A DNA stretch of 64,000 nt from an uncultured Klebsiella sp. (GCA_964555355.1 CAZKRY010000016.1:28542-92541), one strand, 5' to 3'; shown: positions 19,903-30,258, counted from the first letter of the stretch. Program-made: numbers and translations. Notes: generated by a model from the sequence alone, not told the origin.

Positions 19903-21147
19903 TTATCTCAGGCTATTGGCAAGTTCGTCTCTGAAGTCAGGATGGGCGATCGCAATTAGCGCTTCCGCGCGCGCCCAAAGGTCCCGACCTTTCAAGCGCG
20001 CCACGCCGTACTCCGTTACCACGCAGTCGACTGCAAAGCGCGGCGTTGTCACCGGCGCGCCCGCGGCAAGTCGCGCTACAATTTTAGAGTGCTTACCATC
20101 CTCGGTTGTCGAAGGCATGGCGATGACCGAAACGCCACCGTCGCTCTGTGCCGCCGCCTCGACGTAATCCATGCTGCCGCCAACGCCGCTGATCGGTACC
20201 GCGCCTAACGTCTCGCCATTACTCTGTCCTTGCAGATCGATCTCGATCGCGGAGTTGATTGAAATAAAGCGCGGCAAGGCGGCCAGCCGCGCCACATTAT
20301 GCGTATCGCGTAGCGGCGCCATCTTGAGGCGCGGTTCTTCGCCGCAAAATTGATAAAACTCCGTCACCCCCGCCAACTCGCCGGCGATAACCGTTGGATC
20401 GTGCCTGACGGACGCAAAAAATTGCTGTAACCCGCTCGTTAGCAGTCCCGAAAATAAATTGATCCCGGGCATCTCGCCAAGCCGCGCGAGCACGCGGTCT
20501 GGCACCGCACCGACTCCGAGTTGCACCCAACTATTGGCTGGCACCAGGCTCAGTACATGCTCGACGATCGCCTGATCCCGCTCCTTGGCAGGTGGCGTGC
20601 GATAGGTACTGAGCGGCGTTGCGCCCTCCACCGCCCAGGTAATCTGCGCGAGCGGCACGCGGCTTTGCCCACCGGTCACCGGCATGTTGGGATTGAACTC
20701 GGCAATGACGGTCTGTGCGTTCGCAATGAAATCCAAATTGGCACCGACCGAGATCCCAAGGCTGACCGTGCCATCGGGCAATGGGTTTGACGTTTGCACG
20801 ATGACAACATCGGGCTTAATCGGGCCCTGCCGACAAACCACCCGATTCAGATCACCAAGCCGAATCGGCACGAAGCCTACTTTTTTAGGGTCATTCTCCT
20901 TAAAAAGCGCACGTAAGGCAGCGGACGCCTGCCAGGTCACCAAACGATAATTCGTCCCCAGCCCGCGTTGCAAATACCCGTAACGCCCAAAGCTGAATCC
21001 GGCGTACAGCGTGAGGCCCGTGAAGCGATCGACATTCGCGACAAAGGCCTCATACAACCCGTGTGGCTCGATACAGCCGCCCGGCATAATGACGTTGGCA
21101 TGATTAGGAATGGTTTCGATTGCTTGCGTCGCGCTGACCAGTTTCAT
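19903..21147 (-). CDS. acetyl-CoA hydrolase/transferase family protein (4-hydroxybutyrate CoA-transferase-like)
   Basis: 414-aa ORF with family signatures (GGSMDYV region, NxxxEIDLQGQ). Confidence 0.7.
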   Translation of the reverse strand: MKLVSATQAIETIPNHANVIMPGGCIEPHGLYEAFVANVDRFTGLTLYAGFSFGRYGYLQRGLGTNYRLVTWQASAALRALFKENDPKKVGFVPIRLGDLNRVVCRQGPIKPDVVIVQTSNPLPDGTVSLGISVGANLDFIANAQTVIAEFNPNMPVTGGQSRVPLAQITWAVEGATPLSTYRTPPAKERDQAIVEHVLSLVPANSWVQLGVGAVPDRVLARLGEMPGINLFSGLLTSGLQQFFASVRHDPTVIAGELAGVTEFYQFCGEEPRLKMAPLRDTHNVARLAALPRFISINSAIEIDLQGQSNGETLGAVPISGVGGSMDYVEAAAQSDGGVSVIAMPSTTEDGKHSKIVARLAAGAPVTTPRFAVDCVVTEYGVARLKGRDLWARAEALIAIAHPDFRDELANSLR

Positions 21148-21299
21148 TGGACATCCGTTAGTAGTGGCGAATAAGTCCGGGAAGGACTCATTGAGAATTC
21201 CTTCTAATTGTACTCAAGGACCTCGCCCAAACCACGATGCGCAATTTCGGCGACATTTGTTGGTAGACTTGCCGACGGATTCACTTAGTTATTTGCGCG

Positions 21300-21923
21300 A
21301 TGTTACAAGTTTTTTGCATCTTGGCATTGATTGCCGGCATGCTGGTGCGGCCGGCATCGGCCGCACCGCCGGATATTTCGGGGCATTGGGCGATCGACGA
21401 AGACGCGAGCGACGATCCCGGCGAACGCCTCAAAGGTCTCACGCTGTTGCATAACGCGCCCAACTCGCGCATCAAGGAAGAACTCAAGCGACAAGGCCAA
21501 GTGCGCCGGCAATGGGTGCAACAGGAACTAAACGCCGCACACGCGCGGCGGACTGCCGACACCGAAGCGGACGTCGGCAAATTGTCAGATATCCTGCGCG
21601 CGAACGCGTTAGCGATCGCGCCGATCGAGGGCGGCTTCGAAGTGACCTACGACTCGGGTTATGTTCGCCAACTGCGCCCGCGCCCGGGTGGCCCGCGTTA
21701 CTCCGCAAAAGGCGATGAATTCGTGCTCAACGACATCGGACGTACGATGGTGTATTGGCGAGGCAACCTGTTGATCTCCGAAACGCTGCTTGCGCCGCGT
21801 GGCCTGTTGACCGAGGAGTTCAGTTTAGACGCGGGCAAGCGGCGTCTAAAAGTGCATTCGGTCATCAAAAATCCCGATTGGCTGCTGAGCGCGGATATCC
21901 TGCGCTTTTTCGATCCGCAATAG
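21300..21923 (+). CDS. secreted hypothetical protein
   Basis: Signal-peptide-like N-terminus (LQVFCILALIAGMLVRPASAA). No recognised domain. Confidence 0.4.
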   Translation: MLQVFCILALIAGMLVRPASAAPPDISGHWAIDEDASDDPGERLKGLTLLHNAPNSRIKEELKRQGQVRRQWVQQELNAAHARRTADTEADVGKLSDILRANALAIAPIEGGFEVTYDSGYVRQLRPRPGGPRYSAKGDEFVLNDIGRTMVYWRGNLLISETLLAPRGLLTEEFSLDAGKRRLKVHSVIKNPDWLLSADILRFFDPQ

Positions 21924-21976
21924 GCGGGTCCCTCACGGCCTTGCCAGGCTCATTGCTTATTCAAAATTGGTGGTGG

Positions 21977-22756
21977 TTAGCGCGCGCGCTTCAGGGTGTT
22001 CTGATCGAAGTCCCGATCGCTCAACCCCAAACCAAATTGGTATTCAGTCCACGTCAGCTCGGTACTTTTACCGAGCTGGTGATTGGTCATCAGCATGCGC
22101 CCGGGACGCCAGTATTTTGCCGCATATTGCCGATAATCGCTCACTAGGAGTGTCTTTAGCAGGGAGTTCTTGCGGTCATAGAATTCCACTTTGAGCGGCT
22201 GGTGCATTGTTTTATCGAGCCACACAATCCGTCGGGTATAGCCCGAATGCGTATACGAGGGCGACTCCTCGATCACATAAGCGTCACGCCCGTCGAGAAC
22301 CTCATCGCGCAACCACTGATAGCGGTAGCGCGCAAGTTCGCGCGAGGTCAGATCTTCGTAAGCAAACTCACTGCCGACGAACGGCCCTGATTTATTGGCC
22401 GAAGCAATTCGCTTAATACGCTTCAAGGCGGGTAAATATAGCCACTGATCGTCCGGCGTAAGGGCGTGTGTGTAGCTCAAAAATGCCGTACCGGCGACAT
22501 CCCGCGGAGAATCGAAGATCGTGAGACTTTTGTCGCCGTCGCCGACGACCTCAAGCGTGCGGATACGCAGCTCACGCCGGCTTTCTTGACCTTGGCGATT
22601 ACGCAGCGTCATGGTGAGTTTAGCCGCCAAATCGCCCCAACCCCGATCGGCACGATCGGCTTCCTCGGCGATGGCTAACCCGCGCCCCGCGTCATCGGCC
22701 GTTACCTCGCCTGCGCATAGCAATGCTAACAATAACCACCCAACGCTACGCCACAT
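21977..22756 (-). CDS. LolA-like outer-membrane lipoprotein-sorting family protein
   Basis: Signal peptide. Size and sequence pattern match the LolA-like proteins typically encoded after HAE3 RND exporters. Its start overlaps the RND gene stop. Confidence 0.55.
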   Translation of the reverse strand: MWRSVGWLLLALLCAGEVTADDAGRGLAIAEEADRADRGWGDLAAKLTMTLRNRQGQESRRELRIRTLEVVGDGDKSLTIFDSPRDVAGTAFLSYTHALTPDDQWLYLPALKRIKRIASANKSGPFVGSEFAYEDLTSRELARYRYQWLRDEVLDGRDAYVIEESPSYTHSGYTRRIVWLDKTMHQPLKVEFYDRKNSLLKTLLVSDYRQYAAKYWRPGRMLMTNHQLGKSTELTWTEYQFGLGLSDRDFDQNTLKRAR

Positions 22757-25049
22757 GACGGCGCCCATCGATGAGCAACAATAATGGTGCGAGTAGGAAG
22801 AAATCAGCGAGCAGCGCGAGTCCGATAACCACCGCCGTCAACAAGCCCATGCTCGAGTTCAACTCAAAATTAGAAAGCGTCAACACCAGGAACCCCGCAA
22901 CTAACGAAATCGTGGTGACAATCATCGCACGCCCATTAACGCGAAACGCGTAGCGCACGGCGTCTTCGACGGAATAGCCTTGTACCGTACGCCCGCGCTG
23001 GTATTTGACCAAAAAATGCACGGTGTCATCGATGATGATCCCAAGCGCCATGCTCGCGACCACGGAGAGCGACAATCCTACCTCGCCGACGAATAATCCC
23101 CACAGACCAAAACCCATCGCGAGCGGCACTAAATTGGGGATCAGACTCAAGATACCTAACTTCACCGAGCGCAACATAAACAACAGGACTCCCGAGATCA
23201 GCAATAGTGCAACCACCGTGCCGACCAACATCGAATGGATATTGCGCATCCCGAGTCGCGAGAACATCAAGGCGCTACCGGAGCCTTCCACTCGGGTAAC
23301 GCTGCGCGCATTGGCGCGGACCCAAGCTTCCGCCTTATCGTTAAATTCGATGGATGCCTTGCTCGATAGCGTGCGCATGGCCACCGATACTTTGACCGCG
23401 GATTTGTCGACATTGATTTGGTTATTCAGATCGAGTCCGTACGGCAACGACATTTCATAAAGCAATAGGTACTGCGCCGCCAACTCACGTTCTTCCGGTA
23501 GGCGATACATCGCGGGATCGTCGTCGTGCATGTTCATGTTCAAACGCTGCACGATATCGGTATAGCTAGCGACGTGTTTGACTTCCGGCTGCGCGCGCAA
23601 CCAAGTGACGAACGCCGCCGTCTCACGCAAGAATTCGGGTTCGTTGATGCCGCCCTCGAGCCCCGCTTCCAGGGTGTAGTAGAAGTGATAAACGCCGGTA
23701 AGATTCTCCACCATGAAATCGGTCGCACGCCGAAAATCGACGGAAGGATCGAAATAATCGACGAATACGTCGTTCAACGTATTGCGTGGGATACACAGGA
23801 TTAATCCAAAGACGAGGAGACCAAGCCCCAGCGCGAGCGCGCGATGACGCGCGATGACCCATTCCACCAACGCCGCGAGCGAAGTGAGCTTAACGAGGGG
23901 ACGTGGCGCGGGGCCCACGGGGAGCAGCATGAGAACCGCCGGCAACAGCGATATTGCAAGCAGATAAGACGCTATATCCCCGAACGCGACCAAATTCCCC
24001 AGCTGACGAAACGGCGGCACTTCAGAGAAATTAAAAGTCAGAAATCCGATCACCGTGGTCACACTCGCGAGAAAGATCGGCTTTAGATTGTGACTGACGG
24101 ATTCGATCAGCGCTTCCTGGCGCGCGGCGCCACCGTGCAGCGCCTGCAAGTACGCTTCCAGAACATGCACACAATTGGCAATCGCCACCGTCAAAATAAC
24201 GACCGGCGCGGCTGACGTCGCGGCCGAGATGGGATATCCGAGGTGGCTGCCGAGCCCCATTGCAACAATGATCGCAAGCCCAATTACCAAGGTGGTGCTC
24301 AGCGCGCCTATCAGGTGGCCGAACAAAACGCCAACCAGCGCCACCATCAGCGCGAAGCTTATTGGGATGAGGGACTTGATCCCTTTGCGCGATTCTTCGG
24401 CGAAGGCATTGTCCATCATGACCGCGCCGGTCAAATAAATTTTTAAACCCGGATTCGCACTCTCAAACTCCTTGGCAAGCGCCCGAGCGGCCGACACCAC
24501 TTGCGGGACTTCGAGGTGCTCATCGAGCCGTGGTAGTTGCACAACTACGTTGATCGCCGTGACTTGTGCGCGTTCGTTGACGAGCACACCGTGCAGCAAC
24601 GGCTCGGCGAGCGCGATAGCTTTGACGCGCGCGAGCGCCGCGTCATCCAGATCCGAGGCATCCGCTACCAAATCGCGAACGCTGAGTTCATCGCCTTGCG
24701 CCTCGGTGTGCTGGAAGTTGGTTAGCGAATCGACGCGCGACACGTAGGGGATTTGCCATGCGCGCGCGGTGAGGTCGGCGACCAAAGTTAATGTCTCGCG
24801 ACTGAACACCCGCGCGTTCTCCGGCGCAACGACGAAATTCAGCGTATCGTTTTTAACGAACGTATTTTCGAGCGCGTTGAACTCCAGGAGTTCCGGATTA
24901 TCCGCACTGAAGAACTGGCGATAGTTATTGTTGATCGTCAGCGTGCGCAGGCCGCTCGCCGCGGCCGCGATCACACATAACCAAAGGATGACCACGCGCC
25001 AGGGGTGGCTGACCACCCACAGCGCATAGCGGAGCGCCAGGGATTGCAT
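22746..25049 (-). CDS. RND superfamily exporter, HAE3/MMPL-type
   Basis: 767-aa ORF with two blocks of ~6 TM helices separated by periplasmic loops, the classic MMPL/RND topology. Confidence 0.75.
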   Translation of the reverse strand: MQSLALRYALWVVSHPWRVVILWLCVIAAAASGLRTLTINNNYRQFFSADNPELLEFNALENTFVKNDTLNFVVAPENARVFSRETLTLVADLTARAWQIPYVSRVDSLTNFQHTEAQGDELSVRDLVADASDLDDAALARVKAIALAEPLLHGVLVNERAQVTAINVVVQLPRLDEHLEVPQVVSAARALAKEFESANPGLKIYLTGAVMMDNAFAEESRKGIKSLIPISFALMVALVGVLFGHLIGALSTTLVIGLAIIVAMGLGSHLGYPISAATSAAPVVILTVAIANCVHVLEAYLQALHGGAARQEALIESVSHNLKPIFLASVTTVIGFLTFNFSEVPPFRQLGNLVAFGDIASYLLAISLLPAVLMLLPVGPAPRPLVKLTSLAALVEWVIARHRALALGLGLLVFGLILCIPRNTLNDVFVDYFDPSVDFRRATDFMVENLTGVYHFYYTLEAGLEGGINEPEFLRETAAFVTWLRAQPEVKHVASYTDIVQRLNMNMHDDDPAMYRLPEERELAAQYLLLYEMSLPYGLDLNNQINVDKSAVKVSVAMRTLSSKASIEFNDKAEAWVRANARSVTRVEGSGSALMFSRLGMRNIHSMLVGTVVALLLISGVLLFMLRSVKLGILSLIPNLVPLAMGFGLWGLFVGEVGLSLSVVASMALGIIIDDTVHFLVKYQRGRTVQGYSVEDAVRYAFRVNGRAMIVTTISLVAGFLVLTLSNFELNSSMGLLTAVVIGLALLADFFLLAPLLLLIDGRRHVA

Positions 25050-25052
25050 CCG

Positions 25053-25817
25053 CTATTGCGCGGTGTATCCCCCATCCACAGGAAGCGCCACCCCGGTGAG
25101 AAACGATGCCTCGTCGGAGAGCAACCAGGATACGGCATCCGCGATTTCGCGGGGCTCGCCGAGTCGATCCATCGGTTCTTGCGCAATTAATGATTGCTCC
25201 GCGACACCCGAGCTATTCAAGAGACGCTCGACCATGGGCGTACGAATGACGCCCGGACAAACTGCATTGACGCGAATGCGTTTCCGCGCAAATTCGAGCG
25301 CCACGCTCTTGGTCAAGCCGACGACGCCGTGCTTGGACGCGCAATAGGCGCTCGCGCCGCGCGCGCCAAGCAAACCCGCCACCGACGCGGTACTAACGAT
25401 TGCACCGCCGGTACCCTGGCTAATGAATTGTTCGACCTGATGTTTGATGCAGAGCCAAACTCCCTTCAGATTGACCGCAATGGTGCGATCGAAACTCTCT
25501 TCGGTCATCTTGAGAATATTGGTGAAATCGCCTTCGATGCCGGCATTGTTAAACGCGCCATCGAGTTTGCCGTAAGCCTTCACGGTCGCCGCAATCAACG
25601 CCTGTACTTCGCTCGCCACCGCGACATTCGTCTTCACGAAAAGCGCGGAGCCCCCTGCTTTGTTGATGAGGTCGACCGTCGCTTGCGCGTCGGTTACGTT
25701 GACGTCGGCCACCACCACCTTGGCGCCATCCGCCGCAACGCGCTGCGCGCTGGCGCGGCCGATGCCGGTGCTGCCGCCCGTTACGATGATTACTTTATTG
25801 GCTAGTTTCCCTGTCAC
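25053..25817 (-). CDS. SDR-family oxidoreductase
   Basis: TGGSTGIGRA Rossmann motif and YCASK catalytic motif. The stop lies 3 nt before the RND start. Confidence 0.85.
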   Translation of the reverse strand: MTGKLANKVIIVTGGSTGIGRASAQRVAADGAKVVVADVNVTDAQATVDLINKAGGSALFVKTNVAVASEVQALIAATVKAYGKLDGAFNNAGIEGDFTNILKMTEESFDRTIAVNLKGVWLCIKHQVEQFISQGTGGAIVSTASVAGLLGARGASAYCASKHGVVGLTKSVALEFARKRIRVNAVCPGVIRTPMVERLLNSSGVAEQSLIAQEPMDRLGEPREIADAVSWLLSDEASFLTGVALPVDGGYTAQ

Positions 25818-25909
25818 GTTGCACTCCCCTAAACGAGATTCATCAATCTTGCGCGCATGGTATCAGAAGCACGCGGTTGGTCATTCGGCGCACGATGTCG
25901 CACGTTACT

Positions 25910-27841
25910 TCAAGCGGCTTCGCGAGGTTTGGTCAAAGCAAGATTGCGCCATTCCTTGGGATTCGCGCAGCGCAATTGCGCGGCCTCCAGTACCATGCGT
26001 ATGAAATCGGCATAGCGGTAGCCCGCGAAGCCCGCCATTAAATTCATCTTGCCGTCCCAACACCAACCGGGATTGGGGTTGACTTCGAGCAGCTTGAGTT
26101 GACCGTTCGCATCCGCGCGAAAGTCAATCCGAGCGTAATCGCGGCAGCCTAAGCGTTCAAACAGGGTGATCGACCAGTCCACCATTTGACGCCGTGATTC
26201 GTCGTCGATGACGGCTTGACGATATTCGAGGTCGTCCCAATACGGCGAATCCGGGCACCACTTCGATTCGTAACTGAGGATTTTCGGAAGCTCGGCGGGT
26301 AGCCCACTATAGTCCACTTCAAGCAGTGGCAACACGGTATAGCCAAACCCCGGATTGCCGATTAATCCCACCGTGAACTCACGGCCGGGCAAAAACTCTT
26401 GGACTAACAGCGGACGCCCCGGCAAGGTCGTACGAAGCTCCGTCAAGTACGCCATCGCTTCTTCCGTGTTATTCACGACCGAGCGGCGCGTAATGCCAAG
26501 GCTGCTGTCGCCCAAACAAGGTTTGATTAGCGCCGGGAAAATGGACGGGAGCGTCGCCCCCTGATCGTCCGGATCGAAAAGTGACTCGAGCGGCACGGGA
26601 ATGTCGAATGACTCGGCCGCCGCACGGACCAAGGCCTTGTTATAACAAAGACCAAGCGCGGCCGGGCCGGCCCCGCTGTAGGGGACGCCGAATAACTCCA
26701 GCAAGGCGGGGACGTGTAGCTCTTTCAATGCGTCGTTGTTGAACCCTTCATCGCAGAGGTTCAGCACGAACGTCGATTGCAAGTTGCGCAACTCGTTGAT
26801 AAGCGCGCTATGGTTATCAAGATATTGGAACGTATAGCCCGGCAGTTCTTGTAATGCCGTCTTCAAGCGACTGACGATTTCAAAGTCTTCCTGATTGAAC
26901 ACGCCATTGCGTTTGATTTCATCCGGGAGGCGCGGGTCGCCGAGTAACACCGAGACATGCGGGTAGAGCACATCGCCACGCTTTTTAGTAGATATTTTGA
27001 CCGGTGCCACCGCGGAGATGAAATTACGGTGCGCCATCATGCCCAAATCGGAATTTCGTGTGGAACGCGCTTCGAGCGCGCCATGGAAGCGAATCTCGGA
27101 AAACCCGGTGGATTCCAGTAATTTTGAGATCCGCTCGCGCGAATAGAGTCGCTCGGCGTAGAACTGGTCGGCGATGACGCCTTTTTCCGCGTGCACCACG
27201 ACCTCACGCGATATCACCCGCCCCTGATCGGCGGATAACGAACGTTCACGACACACGAATTGGTTTTCGTCGATCCACTCCCACGAACGTCGTTCGAAGT
27301 TCTGCCGCATCCATTCGCCGTCCATCAGATCGAGCAGTATTTTGCCGTTGGAGCGTAGCGCGCGTTTGATCGACGCAAGCACCACGAGATCGTCTTCCTC
27401 GCGGTCAAAATAACCGAACGAGTTGCCCATCAAAATGACGCAATCGAAGCTCGACTCAGGTACCGCGACTTTGCGCGCGTCGCCCTCGCGAAATCGCACA
27501 TCGAGCCCGGCCACGCGCGCGCGCCGGCGCGCCAGGCTCACTAAATATCGCGAGCGATCGAGACCGGTGACTTTCTTAAAGCCACGTCGTGCCAGCTCCA
27601 ACGAATGTCGTCCCTGCCCACAGCAAAGATCGAGTACCCGATCGTTCGGATCGAGGCCGGCGGCGGCCAAAATCGCCTCGACCTCGCGCACCGTGTTGTC
27701 GTCGTTCTCGACGACATCGCCATCGGTTTTTAGATACAGCGAGTTAAAAAGGCTACGCCACCATTCGGGCGGCAAGTGATGTTCGAGGTCCGGGACTGGG
27801 CCAAGTGTGCGCGCGGTGTTTTGTTTTTGTTTGGCGTCCAT
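25910..27841 (-). CDS. fusion protein: N-terminal class-I SAM-dependent methyltransferase, C-terminal D-Ala-D-Ala-ligase-like ATP-grasp
   Basis: N-terminal half carries a SAM-binding motif (VLDLCCGQGRHS...DARKV...FDCVILMGNSFGYF). C-terminal half carries Ddl-like motifs (LIKPCLGDSSLGI, ARIDFRADANGQLKLLEVNPNPGW). Confidence 0.65.
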   Translation of the reverse strand: MDAKQKQNTARTLGPVPDLEHHLPPEWWRSLFNSLYLKTDGDVVENDDNTVREVEAILAAAGLDPNDRVLDLCCGQGRHSLELARRGFKKVTGLDRSRYLVSLARRRARVAGLDVRFREGDARKVAVPESSFDCVILMGNSFGYFDREEDDLVVLASIKRALRSNGKILLDLMDGEWMRQNFERRSWEWIDENQFVCRERSLSADQGRVISREVVVHAEKGVIADQFYAERLYSRERISKLLESTGFSEIRFHGALEARSTRNSDLGMMAHRNFISAVAPVKISTKKRGDVLYPHVSVLLGDPRLPDEIKRNGVFNQEDFEIVSRLKTALQELPGYTFQYLDNHSALINELRNLQSTFVLNLCDEGFNNDALKELHVPALLELFGVPYSGAGPAALGLCYNKALVRAAAESFDIPVPLESLFDPDDQGATLPSIFPALIKPCLGDSSLGITRRSVVNNTEEAMAYLTELRTTLPGRPLLVQEFLPGREFTVGLIGNPGFGYTVLPLLEVDYSGLPAELPKILSYESKWCPDSPYWDDLEYRQAVIDDESRRQMVDWSITLFERLGCRDYARIDFRADANGQLKLLEVNPNPGWCWDGKMNLMAGFAGYRYADFIRMVLEAAQLRCANPKEWRNLALTKPREAA

Positions 27842-27980
27842 CGATTCCCGTGCTGCCCCCGAATAAGGTGTGGTGATGACCGGCGTTGAATACCGGGTCC
27901 ACCGTTAATGTGGTTGGTAAAGACCGGCGCACGCTAGCGCATGAATTCATCCCGTTCAAGACGTTTCGCGCACGACCTAA

Positions 27981-28634
27981 TCATCTGCGGGTATAGCATC
28001 GCACGTAGTCCGGAAGCGGATAGTCCACGGTCTGCTTGGGATCGGTGATCGGTGCTTGCGGCACCATGGGCAACGGCAACACCCCCGCCCAAGTAGGATG
28101 CAGCAATTCGTCGTCGGCATCGCCCGGCGGCCCTTGACGGATTTTGGCCGCGGCGTCTTCGATGTCGAGCGCGACGATCGTCGTCGCCTGCAATTCTTTG
28201 TCGGTTGGGTATCGCGCATCGGCCCAACGTCCGGGGCACACGTGTTCGGTCAGGCAGTGCAACGCTGCAAGCTTTTGCGCCGGATCATCGATCGCACGCC
28301 CGCGACCATAGAGCACCACCGAACGATAATTCATTGAATGGTTGAACACCGTGCGCGCGAGTACCAAGCCATCGAGCAACGTGACGGCGACGGCCAGCGG
28401 ATTGCCGGCATTGATATGTTCGAGCATCCGCCCGCCCTTCAAGCCATGCAACAGAACCTGTTCACCCATGCGCGCGTGAATCGTCGGAATCAGAAACGGC
28501 TGTCCATCCATCACAAAACTGACGTGGCAAACCAACCCTTCGTCCAGAATGCGAAATACCGTCTCCCGGTCATAGGCCGCCCGCTTGGGGTAACGCATGA
28601 CGCGATTGCGTCCATTGATTGCGAAATCAGACAT
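27981..28634 (-). CDS. pyridoxamine 5'-phosphate oxidase family FMN-binding protein
   Basis: Start trimmed to the ATG at 28634 (MSDFAINGRNR), which has a GAGAGGTG Shine-Dalgarno upstream. Assignment to the PNPOx-like family is by size and pattern only. Confidence 0.5.
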   Translation of the reverse strand: MSDFAINGRNRVMRYPKRAAYDRETVFRILDEGLVCHVSFVMDGQPFLIPTIHARMGEQVLLHGLKGGRMLEHINAGNPLAVAVTLLDGLVLARTVFNHSMNYRSVVLYGRGRAIDDPAQKLAALHCLTEHVCPGRWADARYPTDKELQATTIVALDIEDAAAKIRQGPPGDADDELLHPTWAGVLPLPMVPQAPITDPKQTVDYPLPDYVRCYTRR

Positions 28635-28748
28635 AGGCACCTCTCGTTTAGGTTGCTGGATCCCGGCCCTTCTACACCGCTTCGACCGCGTTGACCACCC
28701 CACGCGCCATCCACTACAGTCCGGACGTCATCCGTCGGCGCCCTAACT

Positions 28749-30224
28749 ATGCCCATCAAGAAAATCCTCATCGCCAATCGCGGCGAGATCGCCTGCCGCA
28801 TTCAGCGCACGGCACATGCGCGTGGCCTTGCGACGACCGCCGTGTATCACTTCGCCGATCGCGAAGCACCGCATGTCGCCGCCGCGGCCTCCGCCGTCGA
28901 GTTGCTGGCCGAAGTGCCGACCGCCGCTTATTTGGATGTCGAGCAGCTTATCGCGGCGGCGATGCGAACCGGCGCGGACGCGATCCATCCGGGATATGGA
29001 TTTCTCGCGGAGAACGCACGCTTCGCGGCCGCAGTCGAAGCGGCCGGGCTCACGTTCATTGGCCCGCAACCCGAGGTCATTCAGCTCATGGGTGACAAAC
29101 TCCGCGCGCGAGAGTTTGCCGCCGCGCAGGGCGTCCCGGTGGCGCCCAGCTGTACGCAGGAGAGCTCCGTCGGGCGTTTTATCGCCGCGGCGCGCGAGGT
29201 CGGCTTTCCATTGCTCATCAAAGCCGCCGCGGGTGGCGGCGGTAAGGGCATGAGTATCGTACGGCGCGCGGAAGACTTGGCGCCTAGTATCGAGCGCGCG
29301 GCCGGCGAAGCCGCACGGTATTTCGCGGATGGCCGGGTCTATGCCGAACGTTATGTGGAGCAGCCGCGGCATATCGAGGTGCAGGTCTTGGGCGATGGGT
29401 TCGGCAACGTAGTCCATTTATTCGAACGCGAGTGCTCGATCCAGCGCCGCTTTCAAAAAATAATCGAAGAAAGCCCCGCGCCCAATTTAGACCCCGCGCT
29501 ATGCGCGGAAATCTGCGCCGCCGCCGTGCGGCTCGCAAGCGCCGCCCGGTACCGCAATGCCGGCACTGTCGAATTCATCCTAGCGCCGAGCGGCGAGTTC
29601 TTTTTTTTGGAAATGAATACTCGGCTGCAAGTCGAACATCCCGTCACGGAGTTTGTGACGGGCATCGACTTGGTCGCGGCACAGATCGATATTGCCAACG
29701 GCGAGACTTGGCGTTGGCAACAAACTTCGATTACACGCCAGGGTCACGCGCTCGAGTGCCGCATCTGCGCCGAGCAGCCCGCGCACGATTTTCGGCCGGC
29801 GACCGGCACGTTGTGCGTGGTGCGCCCGCCACAGGGGGCCGATATCCGTTTTGAGAGCGGTATTCGGGAGGGCATGCAAATTACCGCGGCGTTCGATTCG
29901 ATGCTCGCGAAATTGGTCTGCTACGGCGCCGATCGCGCGGCGGCAACCGCACGCACCTTAGCCGCACTCGAAGCGCTAGTGTTGCTCGGCGTCGATACCA
30001 ACATCGAGTATCTCGCCAATATCTTTAATCACCCGGAATTCAAAGCCGGCCGCCTTCACACGGGATTCGTCGTCGAGCATGCCGCGAGTTTGCGCTCAGC
30101 GGATCTCACCCCGGCGGCGCAAGCCGCGGTGCTACTGGCAGCGGCGTTGGCCGAGCCGGCCTTTCGTCGACTCGTGTACGACGTGCCGGAACCTTATGCA
30201 TCGATCGGCGCCTGGCGCAATTAA
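28749..30224 (+). CDS. biotin carboxylase subunit/domain of an acyl-CoA carboxylase (methylcrotonyl-CoA carboxylase alpha, BC part)
   Basis: Strong biotin carboxylase signatures: N-terminal KILIANRGEIACRI, the ATP-grasp region and EMNTRLQVEHPVTE. The ORF ends before any biotinyl domain. Confidence 0.85.
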   Translation: MPIKKILIANRGEIACRIQRTAHARGLATTAVYHFADREAPHVAAAASAVELLAEVPTAAYLDVEQLIAAAMRTGADAIHPGYGFLAENARFAAAVEAAGLTFIGPQPEVIQLMGDKLRAREFAAAQGVPVAPSCTQESSVGRFIAAAREVGFPLLIKAAAGGGGKGMSIVRRAEDLAPSIERAAGEAARYFADGRVYAERYVEQPRHIEVQVLGDGFGNVVHLFERECSIQRRFQKIIEESPAPNLDPALCAEICAAAVRLASAARYRNAGTVEFILAPSGEFFFLEMNTRLQVEHPVTEFVTGIDLVAAQIDIANGETWRWQQTSITRQGHALECRICAEQPAHDFRPATGTLCVVRPPQGADIRFESGIREGMQITAAFDSMLAKLVCYGADRAAATARTLAALEALVLLGVDTNIEYLANIFNHPEFKAGRLHTGFVVEHAASLRSADLTPAAQAAVLLAAALAEPAFRRLVYDVPEPYASIGAWRN

Positions 30225-30258
30225 CTCACCGCCACGTCAACACTAAAATTGTTTACGC

